A stretch of DNA of 64,000 nt from Candidatus Algichlamydia australiensis (lineage in GTDB: Bacteria; Chlamydiota; Chlamydiia; Chlamydiales; JAJFMI01), in the NCBI GenBank assembly GCA_033977065.1, contig JAXCHI010000003.1:628875-692874 (forward strand), read 5' to 3'. This document shows, one piece after another, positions 9,428-17,503 of this stretch. The translations under genes and the position numbers were made by a program. Position 1 is the stretch's first letter. Each line of letters begins with the position of its first letter. The notes beneath the pieces are model-generated. The model made no database searches and was not told where the DNA came from. It was given only the letters and a program-made list of their open reading frames with translations.

Positions 9428-9679
9428 CTATCCTACTTTCTGGTTACGAACACTGTTCATAATCATTGAACTTACCTGATAAACAAGGTTGGAGATCGAT
9501 TCCCCGATCTGCGTAACCTGTGACATCGCAAACTGGAGAAGCAAAAACTCACCAGGGGTTGCGGAGCTAATATTACTTGCTAAGTCCTGTACCATCGAGA
9601 CAACCTGCGATTGGATCTGGATATAGGCACTAATTAGAGTGTTAAAACTTAGCGAAGCCCATTGTGTTTCGTCGCCCAT
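9428..9679 (-). CDS. sctF: T3SS needle filament protein SctF (CdsF)
   Basis: It is 83 aa with a two-helix needle-type pattern: LLLQFAMSQVTQIGESISNLVYQVSSMIMNSVRN. Its position between the CdsE-like and CdsG-like genes fits. Confidence 0.8.
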   Translation of the reverse strand: MGDETQWASLSFNTLISAYIQIQSQVVSMVQDLASNISSATPGEFLLLQFAMSQVTQIGESISNLVYQVSSMIMNSVRNQKVG

Positions 9680-9680
9680 G

Positions 9681-9908
9681 CTATTTTCTCCCTATTCGAT
9701 CGCAGACTTTTTTTGCTGCGGTGTAGCCGTGTAAAAGTGTGCTGTAGGCTTCAAACTCATCTTGTTTTGCGCCTTCGCGAAGTTTCTTTTTGCACTTGCC
9801 GGTTTCCTCTTCGATTTGATCTAAAACTTCTTTCGCTTCTCCCTTGCGAATAAGTTTTTCAATATCGTATTCAAAGAGCTTTTTTTTCCCTTTTTCCATC
9901 CCAAACAT
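9681..9908 (-). CDS. Small needle co-chaperone (CdsE/YscE-like)
   Basis: It is a 75-aa charged helical protein ending 2 nt upstream of sctF. Confidence 0.55.
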   Translation of the reverse strand: MFGMEKGKKKLFEYDIEKLIRKGEAKEVLDQIEEETGKCKKKLREGAKQDEFEAYSTLLHGYTAAKKVCDRIGRK

Positions 9909-9939
9909 GGTGAATCCTATAATCTTTTTTTTAGCTTAC

Positions 9940-11640
9940 TTATTGCTGATTGTAGTTAATTTTAAATTTTAATCCATCCTTTTCGAGTAAAATTTCATTT
10001 GACTCGATTCCAGTGATTGTCATGCTATCTAACGTGTCTCCAACTGAAAGAATTTTCCCATTGATGACGACATACTCATTTACATTTCCTACTTTAGAGC
10101 TCCCTGTAACTTTAAACTTTGAGGTTAAATCTATCCGGGATGTGGAAGCTGTTGTAAATACAACGAAATTTTTAATGATCCGAATTCCTCGAGTGCGTTT
10201 TAACACTTCAAGAGTTTCGGAAAATTCTTTTTTCATATCTTCACTTACACGACCACCGAGTACAAGCTCACCATTGTTAAGCTTAAAGGTTACATTATTG
10301 AGATGGTTCTCAATTAGTGTAGAGCGAACCTCTTCTTGCAGAATTTTTTCTACAATAACGCGGTAGTCTAGCTTATCTAAGTAGACAAAGTTGCGGTTTA
10401 AGTAGTCGCGAAGGGCCCCACTATCTTCGATTGTGTCTACATAACCGCGAATAATAAAATTACCCGGTTCAGGTGCTGTCATTGTAACCGAGCGCCAATT
10501 TGGATTGTTGATCAAAAGGGCGTTCATCTCTTCATAGACGCTCTCATCAATCACCACATTGTCTTCGATTGTTTTGATGTAAGGAAGATTTTGTAGCAAA
10601 TAGGTCAATTCACTATGCTCAACTTCTGTTAACACGTGGCCGAGAAGAAAGATCTTTCCGCTGCCCTTGTTGTAGGTGAATTCTACATCTGGGAAATCTT
10701 TGATCTCTTTACGAATCTCTTCACTTGGGTCGATCTGCACAATTTCAATTGCCTCAGACTTAAATAGAGAGAAAAAGCCAAAAACACCAATGAAGAGCAA
10801 GACAGTAAATGCACCCGCAATCACCATGTGTCTTGTCGGGACAACCATCTCTTTCCAGCCCCTGTTTTCCATGCGTGCTTCTTCTTCGAGAGCCTCTACT
10901 TCCTCTTTTGAAGGGGGAGTGGCTCCTAAAGTGGGAGGAGGAGAAAAGATTGTCTCGCGAGAGACTTCGCGATCAATGATCAGAAAAGAAGTTGTACCAA
11001 GAACAATTACATCCTGTGGAGTAATCGGGGTTGGTTGCGTAATGGTCTTTCCATTAACTAAAGTGCTATTGCGACTCTTTAAATCTTCAATCGTAATCTG
11101 GCCTGTTGAGTCGGTGCTCACCTTGGCATGTTGTCGTGAAACACTTAAATCCTGCAGGACAATATCACATGTATCAGGATCTTTTCCAATGATGAAGCTG
11201 CCCTCTTCCAAACCGAATTCTGCACCTGCGTTAGGGCCAGAAATCACTTTGACACAAAAGCGCGCAGCTAAGCCAGGTGTAAATGAGAGAATGGGAGACT
11301 CTTCTTGAGGTTGCGAAAGAGAAGGAGCGGAAACTTTTTCTGGTAAGGATGCGGTAAAGCGAAAAAATGTTCCACCAACTTGTAAAATGTCATCTTCAGA
11401 AAGAGTTGTTGGTTCAAAAAGTGCATTCCCATTTAGGGTTGCGGGATTAATTTCACTCGTGTTTTGTGCTACATACTCATCGCCTTCACGCGAGATTGTT
11501 AAGTGATGACGTGAAACAACGGGATCTTCCAATACTTGGTTGGAGAGATCGGGATCGCGACCAATACGTATCTCCTCTTCATCTAAATTGATGATAAGGC
11601 CGGTGAGTGTACCTTCTTCTGCGACTAAAAAAGCGCTCAT
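9940..11640 (-). CDS. sctD: T3SS inner-membrane ring protein SctD (CdsD) with two N-terminal FHA domains
   Basis: The two FHA signatures are IRIGRDPDLSNQVLEDPVVSRHHLTI and FIIGKDPDTCDIVLQDLSVSRQHAKV. A single transmembrane helix (IAGAFTVLLFIGVFGFFSLF) is followed by a periplasmic domain. Confidence 0.85.
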   Translation of the reverse strand: MSAFLVAEEGTLTGLIINLDEEEIRIGRDPDLSNQVLEDPVVSRHHLTISREGDEYVAQNTSEINPATLNGNALFEPTTLSEDDILQVGGTFFRFTASLPEKVSAPSLSQPQEESPILSFTPGLAARFCVKVISGPNAGAEFGLEEGSFIIGKDPDTCDIVLQDLSVSRQHAKVSTDSTGQITIEDLKSRNSTLVNGKTITQPTPITPQDVIVLGTTSFLIIDREVSRETIFSPPPTLGATPPSKEEVEALEEEARMENRGWKEMVVPTRHMVIAGAFTVLLFIGVFGFFSLFKSEAIEIVQIDPSEEIRKEIKDFPDVEFTYNKGSGKIFLLGHVLTEVEHSELTYLLQNLPYIKTIEDNVVIDESVYEEMNALLINNPNWRSVTMTAPEPGNFIIRGYVDTIEDSGALRDYLNRNFVYLDKLDYRVIVEKILQEEVRSTLIENHLNNVTFKLNNGELVLGGRVSEDMKKEFSETLEVLKRTRGIRIIKNFVVFTTASTSRIDLTSKFKVTGSSKVGNVNEYVVINGKILSVGDTLDSMTITGIESNEILLEKDGLKFKINYNQQ

Positions 11641-11714
11641 AATATTCTTTGAATTCGAGTCTTTATGATTTATTAATAATTAGATAAACCGTCTGCTAAC
11701 TCACCACTATTATT

Positions 11715-12116
11715 TCATATTGCGCCATTATCCGAAACTGTTTTGGACAAAAACATGCGCCAATAACCGAGGTAGTTTACAAAATTTTCAAGATCATCAT
11801 GCAATACTTCTTTTGAAGCCTCAAAAGGTTTGACAAAACGTAAAGTGATTTCTTTTTCATCTTTGGTCATACCGAGAATATTTCCACCAGTACCTTGTCC
11901 GAGTAAGTTTGCCTCCATTACATGCATCAAAGTATCTTCTTTGTTTTTTTGCGGAAGCTTCCCCGCTTTTGCAAAAAGTTCAAATCCCGGTTTAAGAGAT
12001 TTAAGAGAGACCTTTACTTCAGGGTTAATATGAACGGTAAACATCTCTTTCTTTTCTTTATCATCGAAAATAGTGAGGCCAACCTCATGCGCTAGTTCTA
12101 GTAATATTTCTTTCAT
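11715..12116 (-). CDS. Class I T3SS chaperone (CesT/SycE-like, CT663/Scc4 position)
   Basis: It is a 133-aa acidic protein of typical chaperone size and pattern, at the head of the T3SS block. Confidence 0.6.
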   Translation of the reverse strand: MKEILLELAHEVGLTIFDDKEKKEMFTVHINPEVKVSLKSLKPGFELFAKAGKLPQKNKEDTLMHVMEANLLGQGTGGNILGMTKDEKEITLRFVKPFEASKEVLHDDLENFVNYLGYWRMFLSKTVSDNGAI

Positions 12117-12148
12117 TTTGAATAGACTTTTGAATTTACTTCTTCTAT

Positions 12149-12622
12149 ATGTTGGATAGAGAATTTGGAGATATTATGGAAGATGAGTTTAAGAAAATTT
12201 TGAAATTTTTTGATATGCCGATGGAAGAGAAGGCAGATAAACTCGATTCAGTTTTTGAAGAGACTTCCGTTTTTTTAGAGCGATTTAAGCATGTATTTGA
12301 GACAGGAACGCCTGAGGAAAAAAAGGCGATGATCGAAAAAGTACTTGAGCTGCAATCGCGGTTAAAGGGCGAAATGAAGCAACTAACAGAGGCTTCAGGG
12401 CTCACAGAAGAGCAAATTATGCAATTTGCGACAAACCCCAAAAATTTTAAAGAGGGGCAGTGGGACTCAATTGAATCGTCTCGAAAAAAGATTGAGGGAC
12501 AGGCGAAAGATATCGCAAAAAATCTTCGCAAAGAGTTTGGTGGCAACAAGGATGAGGGCAGTGACGATGATGATAAGCCCCCATCAGCAGGTGGCGGCAA
12601 GAAGGGTTGGATTCCTGGCTAG
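12149..12622 (+). CDS. Hypothetical acidic protein
   Basis: It is a 157-aa E/K-rich helical ORF divergent from the chaperone gene. Its stop TAG (12620-12622) abuts a hairpin repeat. Confidence 0.55.
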   Translation: MLDREFGDIMEDEFKKILKFFDMPMEEKADKLDSVFEETSVFLERFKHVFETGTPEEKKAMIEKVLELQSRLKGEMKQLTEASGLTEEQIMQFATNPKNFKEGQWDSIESSRKKIEGQAKDIAKNLRKEFGGNKDEGSDDDDKPPSAGGGKKGWIPG

Positions 12623-12784
12623 TACTTCGTAACAGAAATTTTTAGCATTATTTTTACGTCAAAGCCTCGGGATTGAACTATCGAAAATCACCTCGTATTT
12701 GATTAATACTAGGTGACTTGCGATAGCCCAATCGCGAGAGCTTTCACGTTAAAAAGAATAGTAAAAATTTCTGTTACAGAGTAC
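12622..12784. mobile_element. TA-flanked hairpin MITE-like element (GTACTTCGTAACAG family)
   Basis: The terminal inverted repeats (TIRs) are GTACTTCGTAACAGAAATTTTTAGCATTATTTTTACGTCAAAGC and GCTTTCACGTTAAAAAGAATAGTAAAAATTTCTGTTACAGAGTAC. TA dinucleotides lie at 12620-21 and 12785-86. Confidence 0.6.
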
Positions 12785-12786
12785 TA

Positions 12787-13005
12787 GTACTTTGTAACAG
12801 AAAAATTTTATTATCTAATTTAAAAAAACAGCCAATAGAGCGCATCGCGCGTTCATTCCCCACCCTCCACTTCGTTTCGGGTAGGGCCCCTTTCGCGTCG
12901 CTTGCGCGGCTGTTTTTTTTGTTTTGTAGAAAATTTTGTATGATCTAGACAGCGTCGTTAAATCCACGTGGTCACCTTATTTTGCACATTTGGGCTTCAC
13001 TTTTA
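12787..13005 (+). repeat. Repeat with an 84-bp GC-rich core (12829-12912) flanked by A7 and T8 (copy 1)
   Basis: It begins with the same GTACTTTGTAACAG end. The core (CAGCC...GGCTG) and its flanks recur in reverse orientation at 46190-46587. Confidence 0.65.
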
Positions 13006-13009
13006 CGTT

Positions 13010-13721
13010 TTATAAGAGTTGGGGTTCTAGCAGGTTTTCCTGGGATAATTCATCGACAATAAGGTGAGTAGGAGTGTCGGGAAGATTTTTTAATTCTTTT
13101 TTTAGAAAGGTGGGAATAAGATGGATTTTGTTTAATTGGTCTAAGTCAAACCATTTATACCTTAATGTAGTTTTCTCGTCTGAAAACTCTTCGGTTCCAA
13201 TACCTTCCTTTTGAAAGTAGATAGGGGAATCCTTTTGAAGGTGTACTAGATAGTATAAAACAAGGTCATGATGGTTAATGTTTTTAGCAGAAAAGTGGTA
13301 TAAGTCTTCTGTAAACCATAGCAGTCGATCAATAATAGGAACTTCACCAAGCTCTTCATAAATTTCTCTTTTTAAAGCTGTTTCAGAAGTTTCAAAAATT
13401 CCTGCTTTCCCTCCGGGAGTATACCAAAAATCAAAACGGTCTTCTTTAGAGAGTGTTTTCGAATGAACTTTCGTCGAGTTTTTGGATTATTTTGGCCGAT
13501 TTTTGGACTCAATTTAAGAGGGGTAATATCACCTTACGGATATGACCCTCTTAAATTGAGCCGAAAACTCGGCTCAAAAGAACCGAAAAATCGACTGAAT
13601 TTTAATTCGAAGACACTCTCCTAACCAAAAGAATTTTATTCTCGTTAATAATAATTGACGCAACGCGATATCGAAAAGCACCATCTTTGCTTTTAATATG
13701 AATATCTCGAGGCTGCGACAT
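13010..13721 (-). pseudogene. Nudix hydrolase gene interrupted by a 172-bp hairpin element
   Basis: The N-terminal 33 codons (MSQPRDIHIKSKDGAFRYRVASIIINENKILLV) run from 13721 to 13621. The rest (KEDRFDFWYTPGGKAGIFETSETALKREIYEELGEV...LLEPQLL*) runs from 13448 to 13010. Removing 13449-13620 joins them in frame into 179 codons with an intact Nudix box. Confidence 0.8.
13449..13620. mobile_element. Hairpin MITE-like insertion (GAGAGTGTYTTCGAA family)
   Basis: The TIRs are GAGAGTGTTTTCGAA and TTCGAAGACACTCTC. The interior is a long palindrome (CTCAATTTAAGAGGG...CCCTCTTAAATTGAG). TA lies on both flanks. Confidence 0.75.
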
Positions 13722-13727
13722 TGAATT

Positions 13728-14942
13728 TTAGCTTGCTTCTTCTTTTACAATTTCTGGATCAGCGTTTTCTGTTACACACTCTTTTGTGATGGTGATCTCT
13801 TTGATTGTAGGATCAGATGGTGTCTTGTACATCAAGTCAATGAGAAGACTTTCAACCATCATACGTAGAGCGCGCGCACCTGTACCTGCGTCTTTTGCTT
13901 TTTTTGCGATGGCAAAGAGGGCTTCATCTGTAAAGTTTAGTTCTACATTATCCTCTTTAAAGAGAGATTTGTACTGGGAGATGATCGCATTTTTCGGTTT
14001 TGTAAGAATTTCAACGAGATCTTCATGTGTAAGTTCTGCAAAGTGTGTAATGCTGTTGAAACGCCCGATAAATTCAGGGATTATTCCGAACTGGACAAGG
14101 TCAGAAGTCTCTACTTGTGAAAGAAGGTAGCTGCTCTCGTTGGGATCGAGATGTCGACTCTCTTCTAAGTCAAAGCCGATGACGCCTTTTCCCAGGCGTT
14201 TGGCAATGATTTTATCCAAGTTAACAAAAGCTCCACCCACGATAAATAGAATGTTTTCTGTATTGATTTTCAAATACTCTTGATTGGGGTGCTTGCGGCC
14301 TCCTTTTGGGGGGACATTGGCAACAGTTCCTTCAACAATTTTAAGAAGGGCTTGCTGCACGCCTTCACCAGAAACATCACGAGTGATAGAGACGTTAGAG
14401 GTTGTTTTGCGCAGTTTATCAATTTCATCAATATAGATAATACCGTGTTCAGCCCAGCTCACATCGTATTCTGCATTTTGCAAAAGGCGGAGGATAATAT
14501 TTTCGACATCTTCACCCACGTAGCCTGCTTCTGTAAGAGTCGTTGCATCAGCGATTGCAAAAGGAACATCCAAAATTTGCGCTAGTGTGCGTGCAATTAA
14601 TGTCTTCCCTGAGCCGGTGGGTCCAAGGAGGAGCACGTTCGACTTTGAGTACTCGACTTCGCGGTTTTCTTGCATGGCGCGAATGCGTTTGTAGTGATTA
14701 TAGACGGAGACAGAAATAGTGCGTTTTGCATCCTCTTGACCAATGATATACTTATCAAGTTGATCTTTGATCTCTTGTGGCTTGATTACCTTCAATTTAT
14801 GCTTTGAAGGTTTTTTCATGACGATGTCCATACAAAGACGCACACATTTGTCACAAATATAGCAATTCGGTCCGGATATTAATTTTTCTACAATATTTTC
14901 TGCTCGTCCGCAAAAGGAGCAAGCGGGCTTTTGTTTGTTCAT
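13728..14942 (-). CDS. clpX: ATP-dependent Clp protease ATP-binding subunit ClpX
   Basis: The N-terminal zinc ribbon has CSFCG...CYICDKC. Walker A is GPTGSGKT, and IYIDEIDK is present. It lies downstream of clpP. Confidence 0.95.
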   Translation of the reverse strand: MNKQKPACSFCGRAENIVEKLISGPNCYICDKCVRLCMDIVMKKPSKHKLKVIKPQEIKDQLDKYIIGQEDAKRTISVSVYNHYKRIRAMQENREVEYSKSNVLLLGPTGSGKTLIARTLAQILDVPFAIADATTLTEAGYVGEDVENIILRLLQNAEYDVSWAEHGIIYIDEIDKLRKTTSNVSITRDVSGEGVQQALLKIVEGTVANVPPKGGRKHPNQEYLKINTENILFIVGGAFVNLDKIIAKRLGKGVIGFDLEESRHLDPNESSYLLSQVETSDLVQFGIIPEFIGRFNSITHFAELTHEDLVEILTKPKNAIISQYKSLFKEDNVELNFTDEALFAIAKKAKDAGTGARALRMMVESLLIDLMYKTPSDPTIKEITITKECVTENADPEIVKEEAS

Positions 14943-15577
14943 GGGGTAGTAGCTAATTCTACGGGTTCAACAACTTTATCGATAATTCCTAAAGGTCCAT
15001 AATCGAGGGCTTCTTGCGGGTTCATAAAGAAATCGCGATCGGAGTCCTCTTGAACTTGCTCAACTGTTTTTCCAGTGTGAGTAGCAAGGATATTTGCGAG
15101 CATGGACTTTAATGTCAAAATTTCTTGAGCTTGTACGTGAATATCTGATGAGGTTCCGCCAACGCCTCCATGAGGTTGGTGGATCATAATACGAGAGTGG
15201 GGGAGAGCAAAGCGCTTTCCTTTTGTTCCAGCTGCAAGAAGGAGGGCGCCAAATGAGGCTGCCTGTCCAATGCAGTAAGTATTGATGTCGCAACCCAGGT
15301 AGCGCATTGTGTCGTAGATCGCAAGACCTGCAGAGACGACTCCACCGGGAGAATTAATGTAAATATTCACATCTTTCTTGGCATCATCGGCGCGAAGGAA
15401 AATCAGCTGGGCAACAACGGCGTTGGCAACCTGATCGTTGATCTCTGTACCGATAAAAATGATGCGATCTTTTAGAAGACGCGAGTAGATGTCCATGGAA
15501 CGCTCGCCTTGGCCTGTGTCCTCAATAACGTAAGGGACTGAGTAGTAATTTTTTGGGCGATAGGGATCATTGCTCAT
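14939..15577 (-). CDS. clpP: ATP-dependent Clp protease proteolytic subunit ClpP
   Basis: The active-site context is [14 protein letters not shown], and MIHQP is present. It overlaps clpX by 4 nt. Confidence 0.95.
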   Translation of the reverse strand: MSNDPYRPKNYYSVPYVIEDTGQGERSMDIYSRLLKDRIIFIGTEINDQVANAVVAQLIFLRADDAKKDVNIYINSPGGVVSAGLAIYDTMRYLGCDINTYCIGQAASFGALLLAAGTKGKRFALPHSRIMIHQPHGGVGGTSSDIHVQAQEILTLKSMLANILATHTGKTVEQVQEDSDRDFFMNPQEALDYGPLGIIDKVVEPVELATTP

Positions 15578-15627
15578 AGACTAAACCTCTTTTTCTTTTG
15601 CAGTATAGATACGATCATACAGAGGCG

Positions 15628-16902
15628 TCAAGAACTAAGAGTTTTGATCAAGTGATCTTGTGCTTTTTCCATTGTCAATCTTGAGTAGATTAAAGCTTCC
15701 TCTTCAGCTTGATTCTCCTTAGGAGCTTGCGCTAAGGCTTGAGCGATCTCTTCATCAGAAATCTTAATTCCTTCATCTTTCACAACTTTGCGGCAGATAT
15801 AAAAGAGGCGAATAGCGCGTTCAGCTTCCTCTTTTAGATCATCAACTGCTTTTTTACGCTCCTCTTCACTCATCGCTTGCCACTCTTTCAAAAATTTTGG
15901 ATCAGAGAGTAGCGAGCGTAGGCGGTAGTGGGTCTCTTTCTGTGTCAAAGATGATGGGGTTTCGAAAGGAAATGTTTCGACTAGTAGCTTTGAGATCTGC
16001 TCGCGATCTTTCTTTGCCGCAAACTCTTCGCCATGGCGAGTTAAAACTTCTTTTATATGATTGCGGAAGGCTTCGGGATCCTTTGCGCCAACTTTTTTGC
16101 AGAATTCATCATTAACCTCAGGGAGATGTGCTTCCTCAATCCGTTGGACCGTTAAGCGAACTTTCTTCGGCTTAAAATCCTTCTTTTCTTCTTCGGTAAG
16201 GTGGTCGTCAGGTTCACTGATACCCTCTTTAGATTCACCTGTTTTTAAGCCCATAGCAAGATCTTGAATCCACTTGGCAGTCTTCTTCTCTCGCATTTCA
16301 AGACGGATAGAGCTAAAAGCTTTCTCTGGAGGATCTTTCTCCATGTCTTCAATGTCGGCCAAAATGTAATCGTTTTCTTTTACGGCGCGATCGGTGATCT
16401 CTTTCCAGTCTGCGTAAACAAGGAGAATTTCGCGCAAACCACTGTCTACTTTTTCTTCTGTGATTTCGGGTTGTTCGGCCTTTTCAAACTTCATGGCCTC
16501 TTTTTTAATTTCAGGGACTACAGGTTCTGTCTCAAAGTTGATGGTGAAGGAGAGCTCTTCAGTTGTGGAAAAATTCTCCATATTAAATTGAATGGGAGTC
16601 TCGCGACTTTGAAGAGGAATATTAATTTTTTCTTGAGCTTCGTCAAACGCGAGCTTAGCAAGTTTTTTCTTTGCTTCCTCGGTAAGGGCTTTTGCATAAT
16701 TTTTTCGAATAAGATGAGCGGGAGCTTTGCCCTTGCGAAAACCGGGGATAGAGACCTCTTTAGCAATCACTTTTACGGCTAGGTCTTCCGCTTTTTCAGC
16801 AAGTTTTGCGCTACTTTTAATTTTTAGTTCGACCAGGCAATCAGGCTTGCGGTCAATTTCAAATTCTAAGTTTTCTGTTTTCTCTTTTGCTTTTGTATTC
16901 AT
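15628..16902 (-). CDS. tig: Trigger factor
   Basis: The ribosome-binding loop reads IPGFRKGKAP. The order tig-clpP-clpX is conserved. Confidence 0.9.
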   Translation of the reverse strand: MNTKAKEKTENLEFEIDRKPDCLVELKIKSSAKLAEKAEDLAVKVIAKEVSIPGFRKGKAPAHLIRKNYAKALTEEAKKKLAKLAFDEAQEKINIPLQSRETPIQFNMENFSTTEELSFTINFETEPVVPEIKKEAMKFEKAEQPEITEEKVDSGLREILLVYADWKEITDRAVKENDYILADIEDMEKDPPEKAFSSIRLEMREKKTAKWIQDLAMGLKTGESKEGISEPDDHLTEEEKKDFKPKKVRLTVQRIEEAHLPEVNDEFCKKVGAKDPEAFRNHIKEVLTRHGEEFAAKKDREQISKLLVETFPFETPSSLTQKETHYRLRSLLSDPKFLKEWQAMSEEERKKAVDDLKEEAERAIRLFYICRKVVKDEGIKISDEEIAQALAQAPKENQAEEEALIYSRLTMEKAQDHLIKTLSS

Positions 16903-16924
16903 GGGATAAATTGAATGAAGGATA

Positions 16925-16996
16925 AGCGGGTGATGAGATTTGAACTCACGACCCTCACGTTGGCAACGTGATGCTCTACCACTGAGCTACACCCGC
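16925..16996 (-). tRNA. tRNA-Gly (anticodon GCC)
   Basis: The reverse complement, GCGGGTGTAGCTCAGTGGTAGAGCATCACGTTGCCAACGTGAGGGTCGTGAGTTCAAATCTCATCACCCGCT, folds as a cloverleaf. The anticodon loop is TTGCCAA. Confidence 0.9.
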
Positions 16997-17216
16997 AGTT
17001 GTTCGATAGATTTTATGATAGCGTTAAGGGGGTGTAAAAGTCAATGCAATTTTCAACCCTTTGCGCCTCTATAAAGTATTTTTTTTGTTTTTTTTCTGGT
17101 TTTTCCTTGCAGGTTGCGCTAACATTCGCTAAAAATAGTAACCTGAGTTGTTAACCAATTTCTCCTGCAAAGAGAAAGGGTTTCGATGAGATGTTTCGTT
17201 TCAAATTAAAGGAGTG

Positions 17217-17383
17217 TTAGATAGCGTCGTCAAAAGCATACAACCATCTTATTTTTCATGTTTGGGCTCCATTTTTGTGCTCAAATGAAGCGGAATTTAC
17301 AAATTCAGCTTCAATTTCCGCACAAAAATAAGCTGCAAACATGAAAAATAATCTGATTATAGCCTTTTGACGACGCTATCTAA
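17217..17383 (+). mobile_element. Hairpin MITE (GATAGCGTCGTCAAAAG family), copy A
   Basis: The 18-bp TIRs are perfect, the interior is a long palindrome, and TA flanks both ends. Copies B and C differ from it at 1-2 positions. Confidence 0.85.
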
Positions 17384-17503
17384 ATGATCATTTCTGAAAT
17401 TTTGAACGAAATAGATCGCGAAAAAACTCCTCCCAGAGTGGGGGGGGAAGGGGTAGCAACTTGAGTGGGTAAGTACTCTAACCAATAGGGACCAAATACG
17501 AGA

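Noticed and set aside
10676..11308. A 210-aa plus-strand ORF
   Set aside because: It lies entirely inside sctD on the opposite strand, where the FHA motifs make the minus-strand frame unambiguous.
2478..11640. The secretion cluster as a flagellar export apparatus
   Set aside because: It has a needle protein (SctF-like, 83 aa), needle co-chaperones, an FHA-SctD and a Pkn5-like kinase in the chlamydial injectisome order. No flagellar rod, hook or filament genes are present.
12145..12600. A 151-aa minus-strand ORF rich in Ser and Pro
   Set aside because: It is the mirror frame of the 157-aa E/K-rich plus-strand ORF. GAA/AAG-rich coding produces TTC/CTT-rich open antisense frames, and it has no start context or motifs.
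12829..12912. The GC-rich core as a known housekeeping RNA (SRP/4.5S, RNase P, tmRNA, 6S)
   Set aside because: None of the conserved signature sequences I know for these RNAs is present. The unit also occurs twice in opposite orientations with different lengths, which fits a repeat better than a single-copy RNA gene.
16264..16782. A 172-aa plus-strand ORF
   Set aside because: It is antisense to trigger factor and has Phe/Leu-rich shadow-frame composition.
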